Shown piece by piece: positions 27,465 through 37,587 of a stretch of 64,000 nt of DNA (position 1 is its first letter; each line of letters begins with the position of its first letter). Origin of the DNA: an uncultured Clostridia bacterium (GTDB lineage Bacteria > Bacillota > Clostridia > Christensenellales > DTU072); the NCBI GenBank assembly GCA_944362765.1, contig CALVTP010000006.1, positions 3,508 to 67,507 on the forward strand. The letters are read 5' to 3'. A program made the translations under genes and the position numbers. The notes beneath the pieces are model-generated. The model saw only the letters and a list, made by a program, of their open reading frames with translations. It made no database searches and was not told where the DNA came from.

Positions 27465-29096
27465 ATGACCACTAGGATAGATACAAGTCGGGTGCGCGAA
27501 CTATTTAAGGGAGGCGCACTCAACCTGGAAAACAATATAAATCTGGTAAACAGTCTGAACGTGTTCCCCGTTCCGGACGGCGACACCGGTACGAATATGA
27601 CTATGACGATGACCAGCTCCGTAAAGGAGATGGACGCCGTCGAAGAGGATAGAATGGAACCCGTCTGCCAAGCGCTTGCCAAGGGCGCTTTAAGAGGCGC
27701 AAGGGGCAATTCGGGAGTCATTTTAAGTCAGATTTTCAAAGGAATGTGCGCTGTTTTGGGGGATGCGGAGGAAATTACCACCAAAATTTTTGCTCGCGCG
27801 TTGAAGGCGGGTTCGGACTCCGCCTACGACGCCGTAACTCACCCTAAGGAAGGTACTATCCTTACGGTGATAAGGTTGGTTGCCCAATATTCCGTCAAGA
27901 TTTCATCCAAAAAGAACGATTTCGAGGAATTTTTCAAACTTATTCTGCATAAGGGCGGCGAAGTGCTGGACGCCACGCCGGACATGCTTCCCGTGCTGAA
28001 AAAGGCGGGAGTGGTCGACGCCGGCGGAAAGGGACTTTTGCTGATCTTCGAAGGGATGTATAACGTCCTTGCGGGCGTCCCGATGGAAAAAGTCGTCACA
28101 GAGGAGGGCGTCAGCCTTCCCGAAATGCACGAAGAGGAAGAGTTTACCGACTCCCACGACCCCGACGAAATACATTTCCAATATTGCACCGAGTTTTTCA
28201 TCATCAACCTTTTCAAGAAGACGACTCTTTCCGACATCGATAAGTTGAGGGATAAATTGAATAAGATCGGCGACTGCGTCATCGTTGTCGGCGACCTTTC
28301 GCTTGTCAAAGTGCATGTCCATACCAACCACCCCGACAAAGCTTTGGGATATGCGTTGCAGATAGGGGAGCTCGACAAACCGAAGATCGAAAATATGATA
28401 GAGCAGAACAAGGCTTTGAGGAAGAAAAAGAAGAGCCCCTTAAAACCTTCCGCGCTGGTGTCTATCTGCACGGGAGAAGGGATAGCGAAAATCTTCAAAG
28501 AGCTGAGAGTCGACAAGATTTTAGAAGGCGGACAGACGATGAACCCTTCGGTTTCGAATATAGTCGACCTCGTCGATTCGGTGGGAGCAAAGACGGTATA
28601 TATTCTTCCCAATAACGGAAACATCGTATTGGCAGCAGAGCAGGCGAAGGAATTAACAAAGGCAAAATTGGTAGTTATAGCTACCAAAAATATCCCTCAG
28701 GGCATAGCCGCTGCGATGAACTTCAACCACGACGCGGGCGAGGAAGAAAATACCGAAATGATGCGAAGAGCAATTCAGAACGTGCGTTCCGGGCAGGTGA
28801 CGCACTCGGTAAGAGATACCGAGATGGACGGCTTCAAATTGCGCTCGGGAGACATCATCGGGATTTACGACAAGATAGTGGCGAAGGGCTCCGACGTCAA
28901 CGAAGTGACCAAAGTCGTCGTCGACAAGATGTTAAGCGACGAAACCGCCTCCGTTTCTCTCTACTACGGTGAAGGCGTGACGGAGGAGTCGGCGAATAAA
29001 CTTGTCGAGGAATTGACCAAGGCGTATCCCTTCCATGACGTCATGGCTTACGAGGGCGGACAGCAGCACTACTACTATTATATTTCGGTGGAGTGA
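27465..29096 (+). CDS. DAK2 domain-containing protein (YloV family)
   Basis: N-terminal Dak2 block (VFPVPDGDTGTNM ... ARGNSGVILSQ), 543 aa, in the classic asp23-yloV-recG context. Confidence 0.9.
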   Translation: MTTRIDTSRVRELFKGGALNLENNINLVNSLNVFPVPDGDTGTNMTMTMTSSVKEMDAVEEDRMEPVCQALAKGALRGARGNSGVILSQIFKGMCAVLGDAEEITTKIFARALKAGSDSAYDAVTHPKEGTILTVIRLVAQYSVKISSKKNDFEEFFKLILHKGGEVLDATPDMLPVLKKAGVVDAGGKGLLLIFEGMYNVLAGVPMEKVVTEEGVSLPEMHEEEEFTDSHDPDEIHFQYCTEFFIINLFKKTTLSDIDKLRDKLNKIGDCVIVVGDLSLVKVHVHTNHPDKALGYALQIGELDKPKIENMIEQNKALRKKKKSPLKPSALVSICTGEGIAKIFKELRVDKILEGGQTMNPSVSNIVDLVDSVGAKTVYILPNNGNIVLAAEQAKELTKAKLVVIATKNIPQGIAAAMNFNHDAGEEENTEMMRRAIQNVRSGQVTHSVRDTEMDGFKLRSGDIIGIYDKIVAKGSDVNEVTKVVVDKMLSDETASVSLYYGEGVTEESANKLVEELTKAYPFHDVMAYEGGQQHYYYYISVE

Positions 29097-31069
29097 TGGC
29101 TTCTGAGCTGTTGAAAATCAAAGGTATCGGACCGGTAACGCTTGAAAAGCTCGGAAAACTCGGAATTTTCACTCCCGAAGAGCTGATAGCCGAAACGCCG
29201 GCGGATTATATCGATTTAGACGCGGAAAGCGACCTGAAAGCAGCCGAAAACGGCGATTTCGTGGTCGCCGTTTTGTTTATAGAATACGCCGCGAAACCGT
29301 TAAGACGCGGGAAGTTACAGCTGTTCAGGGCGCGCGGGATTGCAAGGGACGGGCAAAAAGTCAAACTTACATGGTACAACGCAAATTACGTTGCAAAAAT
29401 CGTGCACGTAGGCGCCTTTGTCAGAGTATACGGAAAATTAAAAAAAGAGGGGAGTGTATCGGAGCTTATCAACCCCACCGCAGAACTTGCCGTCGAGACG
29501 AAGGGGCGCGGCATCAAGCCTGTCTACCGGCTGAAAGGGCTTATCGGTCAGAATGTTTTCCGCGAAGCGGTACGGGACGCCCTCGACAAGGGATATACCC
29601 TTAAAAGTCTGGTGCCGGAGTCCGGTGAAGAGCTTCCTCTTTCGGCGGCGGCGCGCGCCGCTCACCTTCCCCGGAGCGTGCAGGAAGGTAAAGCCGCAAG
29701 GGAGCGGGTGGAGCTTGAAAGCGTCGTCAAGGGTATCGCCGCCTATCGGCTGGTAGTCGGAAAACGGAGAAGGGTGCTCTTTTACGGCGAAAACACGGCG
29801 GTAATAGATGAGGTTATCGATTCTCTTCCGTACAAATTGACGCAGTCCCAAAAGGAAGCTCTGGGCGATATTTTGTCGGGGCTCGGCGGTGAGGCGGCGT
29901 TGAACGCGATGCTGGTCGGCGACGTCGGTTCGGGGAAGACGATAGTGGCGCTTCTGACGGCTTACTATGCCGTCAAATGCGGTTATCAGGCGGCGCTGAT
30001 GGCTCCGACGGAGATCCTCGCCGCGCAACATTTCAAGACATTTTCAAAGATTTTGTCTCCGTTCGGAGTCAGGATAAAACTTCTGACGGCGGCGCTTCCC
30101 GCAAAGGAAAAAAGAGAGATTATCGAAGCCGCCCGGACGGGGGAGGCGGATATCGTTATCGGTACCCACGCCGTCATATCGGAAAAGGTCGCTTTTAAAA
30201 AGCTGTCGCTTGCGATAATAGACGAACAACACCGTTTCGGGGTGGCGGAGCGCACCGCGCTGATAGCGAAAAGTAACTCCGAAGATACTCTCACATTGTC
30301 GGCGACGCCCATACCTCGTTCGTTGCGGCTGACCGTCTTCGGCGACGTAGAGGTGTTGAATATCGAACGGCGCTACAAAGGAAACGTCACCACTTCGGTC
30401 GTCACGAAAGCCGACAAGAAAAAGATGCTCTCCTTTATCGCCAAGGAGTGTTCCGAGGGGCGTCAGGCATATGTCGTCTGTCCCAGGATCCGCGACGTAG
30501 AGGGCATTGAAAGTTCTTCCGCAGAGAGGCTTTTTAAGGAGCTCGGAAAAATCTACGCCGGCGTTTTGCGCGTGGGACTGCTGCACGGACGCATGAAAGC
30601 GACGGAAAAGCAGGCGGTTTTAGAGGAATTCTATGCGGGAACTCTCGACGTCATCGTTTCGACAACCGTCATTGAGGTGGGAATAGACGTACCTAACGCC
30701 ACCGTCATGGCGGTATTCGACGCCGACAGGTTCGGATTGGCGGCGTTACATCAATTGCGGGGAAGGATAGGGCGGAACGGCGACAAAGGCTACTGCTTTT
30801 TATATACCGAAAAAGAGGACGAACAGCCGCGCCTGAAAGTGATGACCGAGGAAAACGACGGCTTGGAAATTTCCGAACGCGACCTTGAACTTCGCGGAGC
30901 CGGAGAGTGGCTCGGCGAAGAGCAGTCCGGGAAGGGAGGAGCCATGCTCCCGGTAAGATTGATGATAAAAGCCAAGGAACTTGCCGATAAAGTAGACCTT
31001 GCCGCCCATCGGGAGGAGCTTACGGCATACGCATTGGCAAAAGAACTTTACAAGATAAGTCTCAGCTGA
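29093..31069 (+). CDS. recG: ATP-dependent DNA helicase RecG
   Basis: GDVGSGKT Walker A, DEQHRFG, and the LHQLRGRIGR helicase C motif. Confidence 0.93.
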   Translation: MMASELLKIKGIGPVTLEKLGKLGIFTPEELIAETPADYIDLDAESDLKAAENGDFVVAVLFIEYAAKPLRRGKLQLFRARGIARDGQKVKLTWYNANYVAKIVHVGAFVRVYGKLKKEGSVSELINPTAELAVETKGRGIKPVYRLKGLIGQNVFREAVRDALDKGYTLKSLVPESGEELPLSAAARAAHLPRSVQEGKAARERVELESVVKGIAAYRLVVGKRRRVLFYGENTAVIDEVIDSLPYKLTQSQKEALGDILSGLGGEAALNAMLVGDVGSGKTIVALLTAYYAVKCGYQAALMAPTEILAAQHFKTFSKILSPFGVRIKLLTAALPAKEKREIIEAARTGEADIVIGTHAVISEKVAFKKLSLAIIDEQHRFGVAERTALIAKSNSEDTLTLSATPIPRSLRLTVFGDVEVLNIERRYKGNVTTSVVTKADKKKMLSFIAKECSEGRQAYVVCPRIRDVEGIESSSAERLFKELGKIYAGVLRVGLLHGRMKATEKQAVLEEFYAGTLDVIVSTTVIEVGIDVPNATVMAVFDADRFGLAALHQLRGRIGRNGDKGYCFLYTEKEDEQPRLKVMTEENDGLEISERDLELRGAGEWLGEEQSGKGGAMLPVRLMIKAKELADKVDLAAHREELTAYALAKELYKISLS

Positions 31070-31097
31070 TTATACGGACTCCGGACTCTTCTGAGGG

Positions 31098-31559
31098 CTA
31101 AGGGATCACCGTCAAAAAATTTATTGCGGTAAGGTAGGCGTGCCACAACGCTATCGGCAGCGTGGTGAGCCACAATACCTTTGTCTTTTCGGCGAATTTG
31201 AAGGTGATAACGAGATAGAGTACGGTAATTTCCGTCATCAACCCCAGTGAAAATATTTTCGCTCCGCCGAAGAACGCCTTGCAGGCGAGTGGCGACATCA
31301 CCCCGGCGGCAAGCCAAAACTTCAGAAGTTTTCTTAATCTTCCGTCGGCGATGGCGGCGGTGAGCGCAAGTATTTCAAGAAGGTATATCAAAGACCATAC
31401 GGGCTCGAAGGCGGCGCGCGGCGGGAGCGGCAGCGTGCCGTCAAAGAGACTTTCGAGTACCTCTCCCTCCGCCCAAAGTCCCGAGACGTAGCCCGTCAGA
31501 AATACACACATCAACGCCGCCGTCAAGGAGAGCATTCCGATAAACAATTTCACATACAA
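31098..31559 (-). CDS. TspO/MBR-like tryptophan-rich membrane protein
   Basis: 153 aa with about 5 hydrophobic segments. PPRAAFEPVWSLIYLL and LPIALWHAYLTAINF resemble TspO blocks. Assignment is tentative. Confidence 0.5.
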   Translation of the reverse strand: MYVKLFIGMLSLTAALMCVFLTGYVSGLWAEGEVLESLFDGTLPLPPRAAFEPVWSLIYLLEILALTAAIADGRLRKLLKFWLAAGVMSPLACKAFFGGAKIFSLGLMTEITVLYLVITFKFAEKTKVLWLTTLPIALWHAYLTAINFLTVIP

Positions 31560-31607
31560 TCATATTTAAACGTCTCACGTAAAATGCGTTTTTCCCGGCT
31601 TTTCGGT

Positions 31608-31630
31608 AAAAAAACCGCCTGCTGCGGTTT
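31608..31630 (-). terminator. Intrinsic terminator after tmcAL
   Basis: On the minus strand, AAACCGC-AGCAG-GCGGTTT running into a T7 tract. Confidence 0.6.
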
Positions 31631-31705
31631 AATCGGCGCGGAACAGGCGGTAAAGACGGGACGCTTCCCGGGCGCATACCGGGAAAGGCGGAAGGCTTCC
31701 GGAAG

Positions 31706-32899
31706 CTAAATGAGCAACATCTTTTTTGCGAATACGCCGGAACGGTTGATTATTTCAAGCGTGCCTTGCGTAAGGTAGTCGAGTTTGATGAAGCGGCGCA
31801 GGCTTTTGTCGACGCGCGACACGTCGGAATACCTCGTCAGAATGTTTTTGCAGCCCATCGACAGCAGACTTAAAATGTCCTTTCTCTCCTTTCTGAGAGC
31901 GAGGATATTGACGTACGGAGGGGCAGCCAGCGCGTCCTCCCAATCCTTTTTTGTGATGTCGAGAAGGGCGTAGAGCGCGATGCGTTTCAGCCGCGCCATC
32001 GTGTAGTTTCTGGTCTTTGCGTTTTCTAAAAGCGTATCGATGTCGTGGGCGTCGTTTGCCGCGATTTTCAGGCGGTTATGAATGCCTCCCGTAACGTCGT
32101 AGTAGTTTTCGAGGTCGTAGCCGGAAATGCTTTTGAGCTTAAACAGTTCCATGTCGCCCAGCGCATCGCCCTGCGGCGAGATGACGGAGAGCATGCCCAT
32201 AACCGACTTCGGCACGGCTAAGGCGATTTTGTCGAGCTCGCCCCGCTTAAAAGCCGCTCTGACGGCGCCGGCGGAGGGGTAGTCGCAGTCGATATCGGAA
32301 GAATCGTAACCTCCGCCCACACGCTTTACGGTATGGAAAGCTATGTCCAAGCCCGCCCGCCTGACCGCCATGACGTAGGCGACTCCCAGCGAATTGTTGG
32401 GGTAATCGAGGATGTCTTTGACCGATTCGTATTCGGAGTGGGTTTCGGCGTAAGCCTTCAACGCCTCGGCGCGCGCTTTGGGAAAGCTGAGTCCCTCCTT
32501 CAAGCCCGCCTTCAATACGGCGCTGAACTCCTGAGGCTCGTTTAAAAGCAAGTCTGCCAGCAGCTCTATCTTTGCAATGTCGCCGCATTCGGAGCCGAAA
32601 CTCAGGTAATGAACGTCGGAAAACGCCGAAACGGTCTTTACGGCGCCGTAGGCAAAATTGTCGGCGGGGGAGATGGCGTATATCGTCGGCAGCTCGACGA
32701 CGATGTCGGCTCCCGCATAGACGGCCTGCTCCGCGCGCATATATTTATCGGCAATTGCGGCTTCGCCGCGCTGAGTAAAGGAACCGCTCATCACAACAAG
32801 TATCGTGTCGGCGCCGGTTTCTTTGCGGGCGCGTTCCAGGTGCAGGGCGTGACCGTTTGTCAGCGGGTTGTATTCGGCTATTATTGCGGTGATTTTCAT
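31706..32899 (-). CDS. tmcAL: tRNA(Met) cytidine acetate ligase (YlbM/UPF0348 nucleotidyltransferase)
   Basis: MKITAIIAEYNPLTNGHALHLERARKETGAD...VMSGSFTQRGEAAI matches the TmcAL N-terminal HIGH-like nucleotidyltransferase block. Confidence 0.85.
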   Translation of the reverse strand: MKITAIIAEYNPLTNGHALHLERARKETGADTILVVMSGSFTQRGEAAIADKYMRAEQAVYAGADIVVELPTIYAISPADNFAYGAVKTVSAFSDVHYLSFGSECGDIAKIELLADLLLNEPQEFSAVLKAGLKEGLSFPKARAEALKAYAETHSEYESVKDILDYPNNSLGVAYVMAVRRAGLDIAFHTVKRVGGGYDSSDIDCDYPSAGAVRAAFKRGELDKIALAVPKSVMGMLSVISPQGDALGDMELFKLKSISGYDLENYYDVTGGIHNRLKIAANDAHDIDTLLENAKTRNYTMARLKRIALYALLDITKKDWEDALAAPPYVNILALRKERKDILSLLSMGCKNILTRYSDVSRVDKSLRRFIKLDYLTQGTLEIINRSGVFAKKMLLI

Positions 32900-33018
32900 A
32901 TTCGGACTCCGAGATTTCCTAAAAGACTTGCTTTTCGGCAGGTCATGGTAGTAATATACTTATGTCGTATATTATAATATACCTCACCATAAAAATCAAC
33001 TACACTTTGGAGGGTACC

Positions 33019-34011
33019 ATGTCCAAAATAATGGATGCGATAATAGCCGAAGCCAAAACGCGCGGTAAGCATATCGTGCTTGCCGAAGGCGAAGAGATGC
33101 GCATTATTCAGGCGGCGGCAATAATTACTCGCGAAAAAATAGCCAAAATAACTCTTCTCGGAGACGAAAGGGTGATTAAAGCCAAAGCCGAGGACACAGA
33201 TCTTACCGGCGTCGAAATAATCAATCCGATGTCCAGCGAAAAGGCGGAGGATTATCAAAAGCTGCTGTACGAACTCAGAAAAGAAAAGGGCATGACCGAG
33301 GAAAAAGCCGGTCTTCTTGTCAAAAATCCCCTCTATTACGGCTGTCTTATGGTCAAATCGGGCGATGCCGACGGCATGGTGGCGGGCTCTGTGAACGCCA
33401 CCGGCGACGTTTTGCGCCCCGCGCTTCAGATAATCAAGAGCCGTCCCGGTATCAAAACGGTCAGCAGCTGCTTTATTATGGGTCTTCCCGAAGGCTCACC
33501 TTACGGCGACGACGGAGCAATGGTTTACGGCGACTGCGCCGTCATCCCCGACCCCACCGCCGAGCAGCTTGTCGATATCGCAGTGGCTTCCGCCGAGTCG
33601 GCAAAGCAAATCGCCGGAATCAAAGTGCCGAAAGTGGCGATGTTAAGCTTCTCCACGAAGGGCTCGGCGTCCCACCCGAACGTTGCCAAAGTAGTGGCGG
33701 CAACGGAAGCGCTGAAGGCAAGAACCGACCTCGATTTCGACGTCGACGGCGAGTTGCAGCTCGACGCAGCCATCGTACCGAAAGTCGCCGCAATCAAAGC
33801 GCCCGGCTCGCGCGTTGCGGGAAACGCCAACGTATTGATCTTCCCCGATCTGCAATCAGGTAACATAGGCTACAAACTTGTACAAAGATTCGGCAATGTG
33901 GACGCCATCGGACCTATCTGCCAGGGATTGGCAAAACCCGTCAACGACCTGTCGCGCGGCTGCTCCGTCGCAGACGTTGTGGGCGTCGTCGCAATCACTT
34001 CTTTGCAATAA
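33019..34011 (+). CDS. pta: Phosphate acetyltransferase
   Basis: 330-aa PTA_PTB-type enzyme, followed by ackA. Start at ATG 33019 after GGAGGG; the ORF-track start 32962 adds a hydrophobic non-homologous leader. Confidence 0.92.
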   Translation: MSKIMDAIIAEAKTRGKHIVLAEGEEMRIIQAAAIITREKIAKITLLGDERVIKAKAEDTDLTGVEIINPMSSEKAEDYQKLLYELRKEKGMTEEKAGLLVKNPLYYGCLMVKSGDADGMVAGSVNATGDVLRPALQIIKSRPGIKTVSSCFIMGLPEGSPYGDDGAMVYGDCAVIPDPTAEQLVDIAVASAESAKQIAGIKVPKVAMLSFSTKGSASHPNVAKVVAATEALKARTDLDFDVDGELQLDAAIVPKVAAIKAPGSRVAGNANVLIFPDLQSGNIGYKLVQRFGNVDAIGPICQGLAKPVNDLSRGCSVADVVGVVAITSLQ

Positions 34012-34060
34012 TCGGTAGCTAAGGAAACAAAATTCTAATCTAAGCATAAAAGGAACAAAC

Positions 34061-35269
34061 ATGAAAGTATTGGTATTGAACGCGGGCAGTTCGTCTCTTA
34101 AATATCAGGTCATCGATATGACTAACGAAGAGACTTTGGGAAAAGGCATCGTCGAAAAAATAGGGACGGGGCTTCCCGGGAAGTTAAAGCAGCAAATTCC
34201 CGGCGCTCCCGAAAAGACTATAACCATAGAGCAATTGATCCCCGACCACACCGAGGCGTTCACCTTGGTCATGAACGCATTGACGGACTCCGAAAAGGGC
34301 GTGATAGCCTCGATGGACGAAATCGGCGCAATCGGGCACAGGGTGCTTCACGGCGGCGAAGATTTTACTTCTTCGGTCATCGTGGACGACGAAGTTTTGA
34401 AAATCTGCGACCGCAACACTGTTTTGGGACCTCTCCACATGCCTGCAAACATCGGCTGCATCCGTTCCTGCATGAAACTGATGCCCGACAAGAAAAACGT
34501 GGCGGTATTCGATACGGTGTTCCATTCCACGATGCCGCCGTATGCGTTTATGTACGCGATAAAATACGACGATTATAAAAAGTACCGCGTCAGAAAGTAC
34601 GGTTTTCACGGTACCTCCCACAAGTATGTCTCCGGCGAAGCTGTAAAATATCTCGGATTCCCGGGTTCCAAGGTAATTACGTGTCACCTCGGGAACGGTT
34701 CTTCGCTTGCGGCTGTCGTCGACGGAAAGTGCATAGACACAAGTATGGGACTTACACCTCTTGAAGGCATGGTAATGGGCACCCGTTCCGGCGACATCGA
34801 CGCCGCCGCCGTAGGTTTCCTTGCCGAGCAGAAGGGTCAGACCGCCTCCGAGGTTGTCACCTATCTCAATAAAGAGTGCGGTTTCCAGGGGATTGCGGGC
34901 TTTTCCGATTGCAGGGATCTGACGGAGCTTGCCAAACAAGGTAACGATCGGGCGAAGCTTGCCTTTGAAATGTTCGGCTACCGCGTAAGGAAATACATCG
35001 GTTCTTACGTTGCGGCGATGGGCGGACTGGACGCAATCGTTTTAACGGGCGGCATAGGGGAAAACTCCGCCTACGCAAGAAGTTCTATCATGAAGGGTCT
35101 GGAGGTTTTCGGCGTCAAATTCGACTTCGACAAAAACGAAAGCCTCGGTTCCCCGAAGGGTTTAACGGAGATGCATCTTCCCGATTCCCGCGTCAAAGTC
35201 GTCATTATTCCGACGAATGAGGAATTGGTGATTGCCCGCGATGCAAAAGAGCTCGCGGAAAAGGCATAA
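34061..35269 (+). CDS. ackA: Acetate kinase
   Basis: MKVLVLNAGSSSLKYQV N-terminus, GFHGTSH, 402 aa. Confidence 0.95.
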   Translation: MKVLVLNAGSSSLKYQVIDMTNEETLGKGIVEKIGTGLPGKLKQQIPGAPEKTITIEQLIPDHTEAFTLVMNALTDSEKGVIASMDEIGAIGHRVLHGGEDFTSSVIVDDEVLKICDRNTVLGPLHMPANIGCIRSCMKLMPDKKNVAVFDTVFHSTMPPYAFMYAIKYDDYKKYRVRKYGFHGTSHKYVSGEAVKYLGFPGSKVITCHLGNGSSLAAVVDGKCIDTSMGLTPLEGMVMGTRSGDIDAAAVGFLAEQKGQTASEVVTYLNKECGFQGIAGFSDCRDLTELAKQGNDRAKLAFEMFGYRVRKYIGSYVAAMGGLDAIVLTGGIGENSAYARSSIMKGLEVFGVKFDFDKNESLGSPKGLTEMHLPDSRVKVVIIPTNEELVIARDAKELAEKA

Positions 35270-35284
35270 ATTTTCTCAATTCGT

Positions 35285-35313
35285 TTGACAAGCGGGAACA
35301 TATCATATATAAT
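35285..35313 (+). promoter_or_regulatory. Consensus sigma-A promoter of rpmF
   Basis: TTGACA (35285-35290)-17 nt-TATAAT (35308-35313). Confidence 0.75.
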
Positions 35314-35350
35314 TATCAAGCATTTGTAGAAACAGAACAGGAGGTGCACC

Positions 35351-35545
35351 ATGGCAGTACCTAAAAGTAAAGTATCCAAGCAAAGAGGAAATACGCGTTT
35401 TGCGCAGTGGAAGCTTTCGGCTCCCGGCTTGACGGAGTGCCCGCAATGCAAGACTATGATACTCCCCCACAGGGTTTGCCCGAATTGCGGCTACTACAAC
35501 GGAAGACAGGTTGTGGTTCCGAAGGAAGACAAAAAGGAAAACTAA
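35351..35545 (+). CDS. rpmF: 50S ribosomal protein L32
   Basis: MAVPKSKVSKQRGNTR... with a CPQC...CPNCG zinc ribbon. 64 aa. Confidence 0.94.
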   Translation: MAVPKSKVSKQRGNTRFAQWKLSAPGLTECPQCKTMILPHRVCPNCGYYNGRQVVVPKEDKKEN

Positions 35546-35585
35546 TCTTATAGGAAAGTTCAGTTACTTAACCTCACACCGCTCA

Positions 35586-35628
35586 AACGCCGCCCGAGTG
35601 CATAAAATCGCTCCGAGCCGGCGTTTTT
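35586..35628 (+). terminator. Possible terminator after rpmF
   Basis: AACGCCG (35586-35592) pairs with CGGCGTT (35619-35625) and is followed by TTTTT. The loop is large, so confidence is moderate. Confidence 0.4.
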
Positions 35629-35653
35629 GATATATTTACGGAGAGACAAGCAT

Positions 35654-36625
35654 ATGAAAATTGTTCTGGACGCGTTCGGCGGCGACAACGCCCCGAAAGA
35701 AATCATTATCGGAGCTTTGAAGGCGCTCTCCGAAAGGAAAGGCTTTTCGATAACGCTGACGGGCGACAAGGCAAAGCTTACCGAACTTATTGACGAGATC
35801 TCCGACGTCGTGCCGGAAGAGAGGCTCGAAATCGTCGATGCTCCCGAGATAATCACCTGCGACATGCCGCCCGTCGAGGCGGTGAGGAAGATGAAAAATT
35901 CCTCTTTGGTGAAGGGGCTTAACCTTCTGACGAGCGATCCTGAAGCCAAGGCGTTCGTTTCGGCGGGAAGCACCGGGGCGGTTTTGACTGCGGCGACCCT
36001 TTTGGTAAAAAGGAAGCCCGGGATCCTGCGTGCGGCGCTTGCGCCGGTATTGCCGACAGTGAAGGGCGGCAGAGTTATTTTAATTGACTGCGGTGCCAAT
36101 TCCGAGTGTAAGCCGGAGATGCTTTTAAATTTCGCCGAACTCGGAGCCGACATGGCAAGAAAGTATTTGGGTATCCGAAATCCGAGAATCGGGCTCCTTT
36201 CCAACGGAACCGAGGACGCCAAGGGTACGGAAATCACCCGCGGCGCTCTCGAACTCATCAAAGGCACGGAGCTGAATTTTTCCGGTAACATCGAGGCGCG
36301 GGAGATACTTTCCGGCGATATCGACGTCGTAGTGGCGGACGGCTTTTCGGGAAACATCGCGCTGAAAGCCTGCGAAGGCACGGCGCTCGCGTTCATGAGT
36401 TTATTAAAAGAGGGCATCATGGCGGGCGGACTCAGATCAAAACTCGGATATCTTCTTTTGAAACCCGTCCTTAAAAACATCAAAAAGACGATGGACTACA
36501 ACGCCTACGGCGGCGCGGTTTTCGCGGGGCTCGAGAAAGTCGTGATAAAGGCGCACGGCTCCTCGAAAGCCAAATCGATTGCGGCGGCCGTGTTGCAGGC
36601 GGTGGAGCTTAGTTCAGAGGCTTAA
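35654..36625 (+). CDS. plsX: Phosphate acyltransferase PlsX
   Basis: MKIVLDAFGGDNAP N-terminus. Start at ATG 35654. Confidence 0.93.
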   Translation: MKIVLDAFGGDNAPKEIIIGALKALSERKGFSITLTGDKAKLTELIDEISDVVPEERLEIVDAPEIITCDMPPVEAVRKMKNSSLVKGLNLLTSDPEAKAFVSAGSTGAVLTAATLLVKRKPGILRAALAPVLPTVKGGRVILIDCGANSECKPEMLLNFAELGADMARKYLGIRNPRIGLLSNGTEDAKGTEITRGALELIKGTELNFSGNIEAREILSGDIDVVVADGFSGNIALKACEGTALAFMSLLKEGIMAGGLRSKLGYLLLKPVLKNIKKTMDYNAYGGAVFAGLEKVVIKAHGSSKAKSIAAAVLQAVELSSEA

Positions 36626-37315
36626 ATGACGACGGCGCGGCTAAAAGAGTTGAAGGAAGCCGAACGGCTCATCGGGTATTCTTTCAGGGATCCGAAAAAT
36701 CTGGACGAGGCATTGACGCACGCCTCTTACGCCAACGAGCGCGGCGTTTCTTCATATGAGCGGTTGGAGTTTTTGGGTGATTCGGTGCTCGGCATGACCG
36801 TATCGGTGGAGCTTATGGAGCGCTACCCCGACAAGGACGAAGGTTTTTTGACGAAGGTCAAGGCGGAAATCGTGTCCGGACCGACGCTTGCCGCCCACAT
36901 CGAGGCGCTGGGCATTATCGGTTTTGTGCTGCACGGCGCAGGGAAGGCGTCCGCCGAAGTTGCGGGCTCAGCCAAGGTCAAGGAAGACATCTTCGAAGCC
37001 GTTACCGGCGCAATTATGCTCGACGGCGGCTTAGCGGAGGCGGAAAAGTTTGTAAAAAGAGTACTAAACGACGTATTGACTAAGGATTACTCCCCAAAAA
37101 CTTACACCGATTACAAGTCGAAGCTCATCGAGATCGCCGTCAAACGCGGCTTGGAACACCGCTTTGAAAACCACCCGACGGACGACAAAAATCCGCCGGA
37201 AGGCTATTTTTCCACCGTTTATATCGGCGGCGCTCCCATGGGACGCGGGAAAGGGAGATCGAAAAAGAAGGCGGAGCAGGCGGCGAGCGCCGAAGCTTTG
37301 AAAAAGCTGAAATGA
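36626..37315 (+). CDS. rnc: Ribonuclease III
   Basis: ERLEFLGDSVL signature and a C-terminal dsRBD (GRGKGRSKKKAEQAASAEAL). Confidence 0.94.
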   Translation: MTTARLKELKEAERLIGYSFRDPKNLDEALTHASYANERGVSSYERLEFLGDSVLGMTVSVELMERYPDKDEGFLTKVKAEIVSGPTLAAHIEALGIIGFVLHGAGKASAEVAGSAKVKEDIFEAVTGAIMLDGGLAEAEKFVKRVLNDVLTKDYSPKTYTDYKSKLIEIAVKRGLEHRFENHPTDDKNPPEGYFSTVYIGGAPMGRGKGRSKKKAEQAASAEALKKLK

Positions 37316-37408
37316 CTCCCTGTACAAGTGTTCGGATACGGGTAAAGAGTTGATTTAACGGGTTCAGCTCCAAGCTCAACAAAAATAAGTAAGAATTGAA
37401 TTTTTTTA

Positions 37409-37431
37409 CGGGCGGGGAACCGCCTTTTTTT
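37409..37431 (+). terminator. Intrinsic terminator after rnc
   Basis: GGCGG-GGAA-CCGCC followed by T7. Confidence 0.75.
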
Positions 37432-37587
37432 GACGAAAAAGTTACATTTTGTGCTTTCGTATAGCCATATGCAGCGTATTTTAGGAAGCCGAGCGTGGAA
37501 AATGAGTTAATTTCGCCGGTTTTGTCCGAGTGCCTCCGGGAGGAGCTTTTGGCGGTATAATTCAAAAAAAGCAAGTAAGGAGCGACT

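Noticed and set aside
37376-37400. AAAAATAAGTAAGAAT downstream of rnc resembles the A-rich linker of the RNA modules (AAAAATAAAGTAAGA).
   Set aside because: It is a short A/T-rich match. The flanking hairpin and C-rich elements of the module are absent, so it is probably chance.
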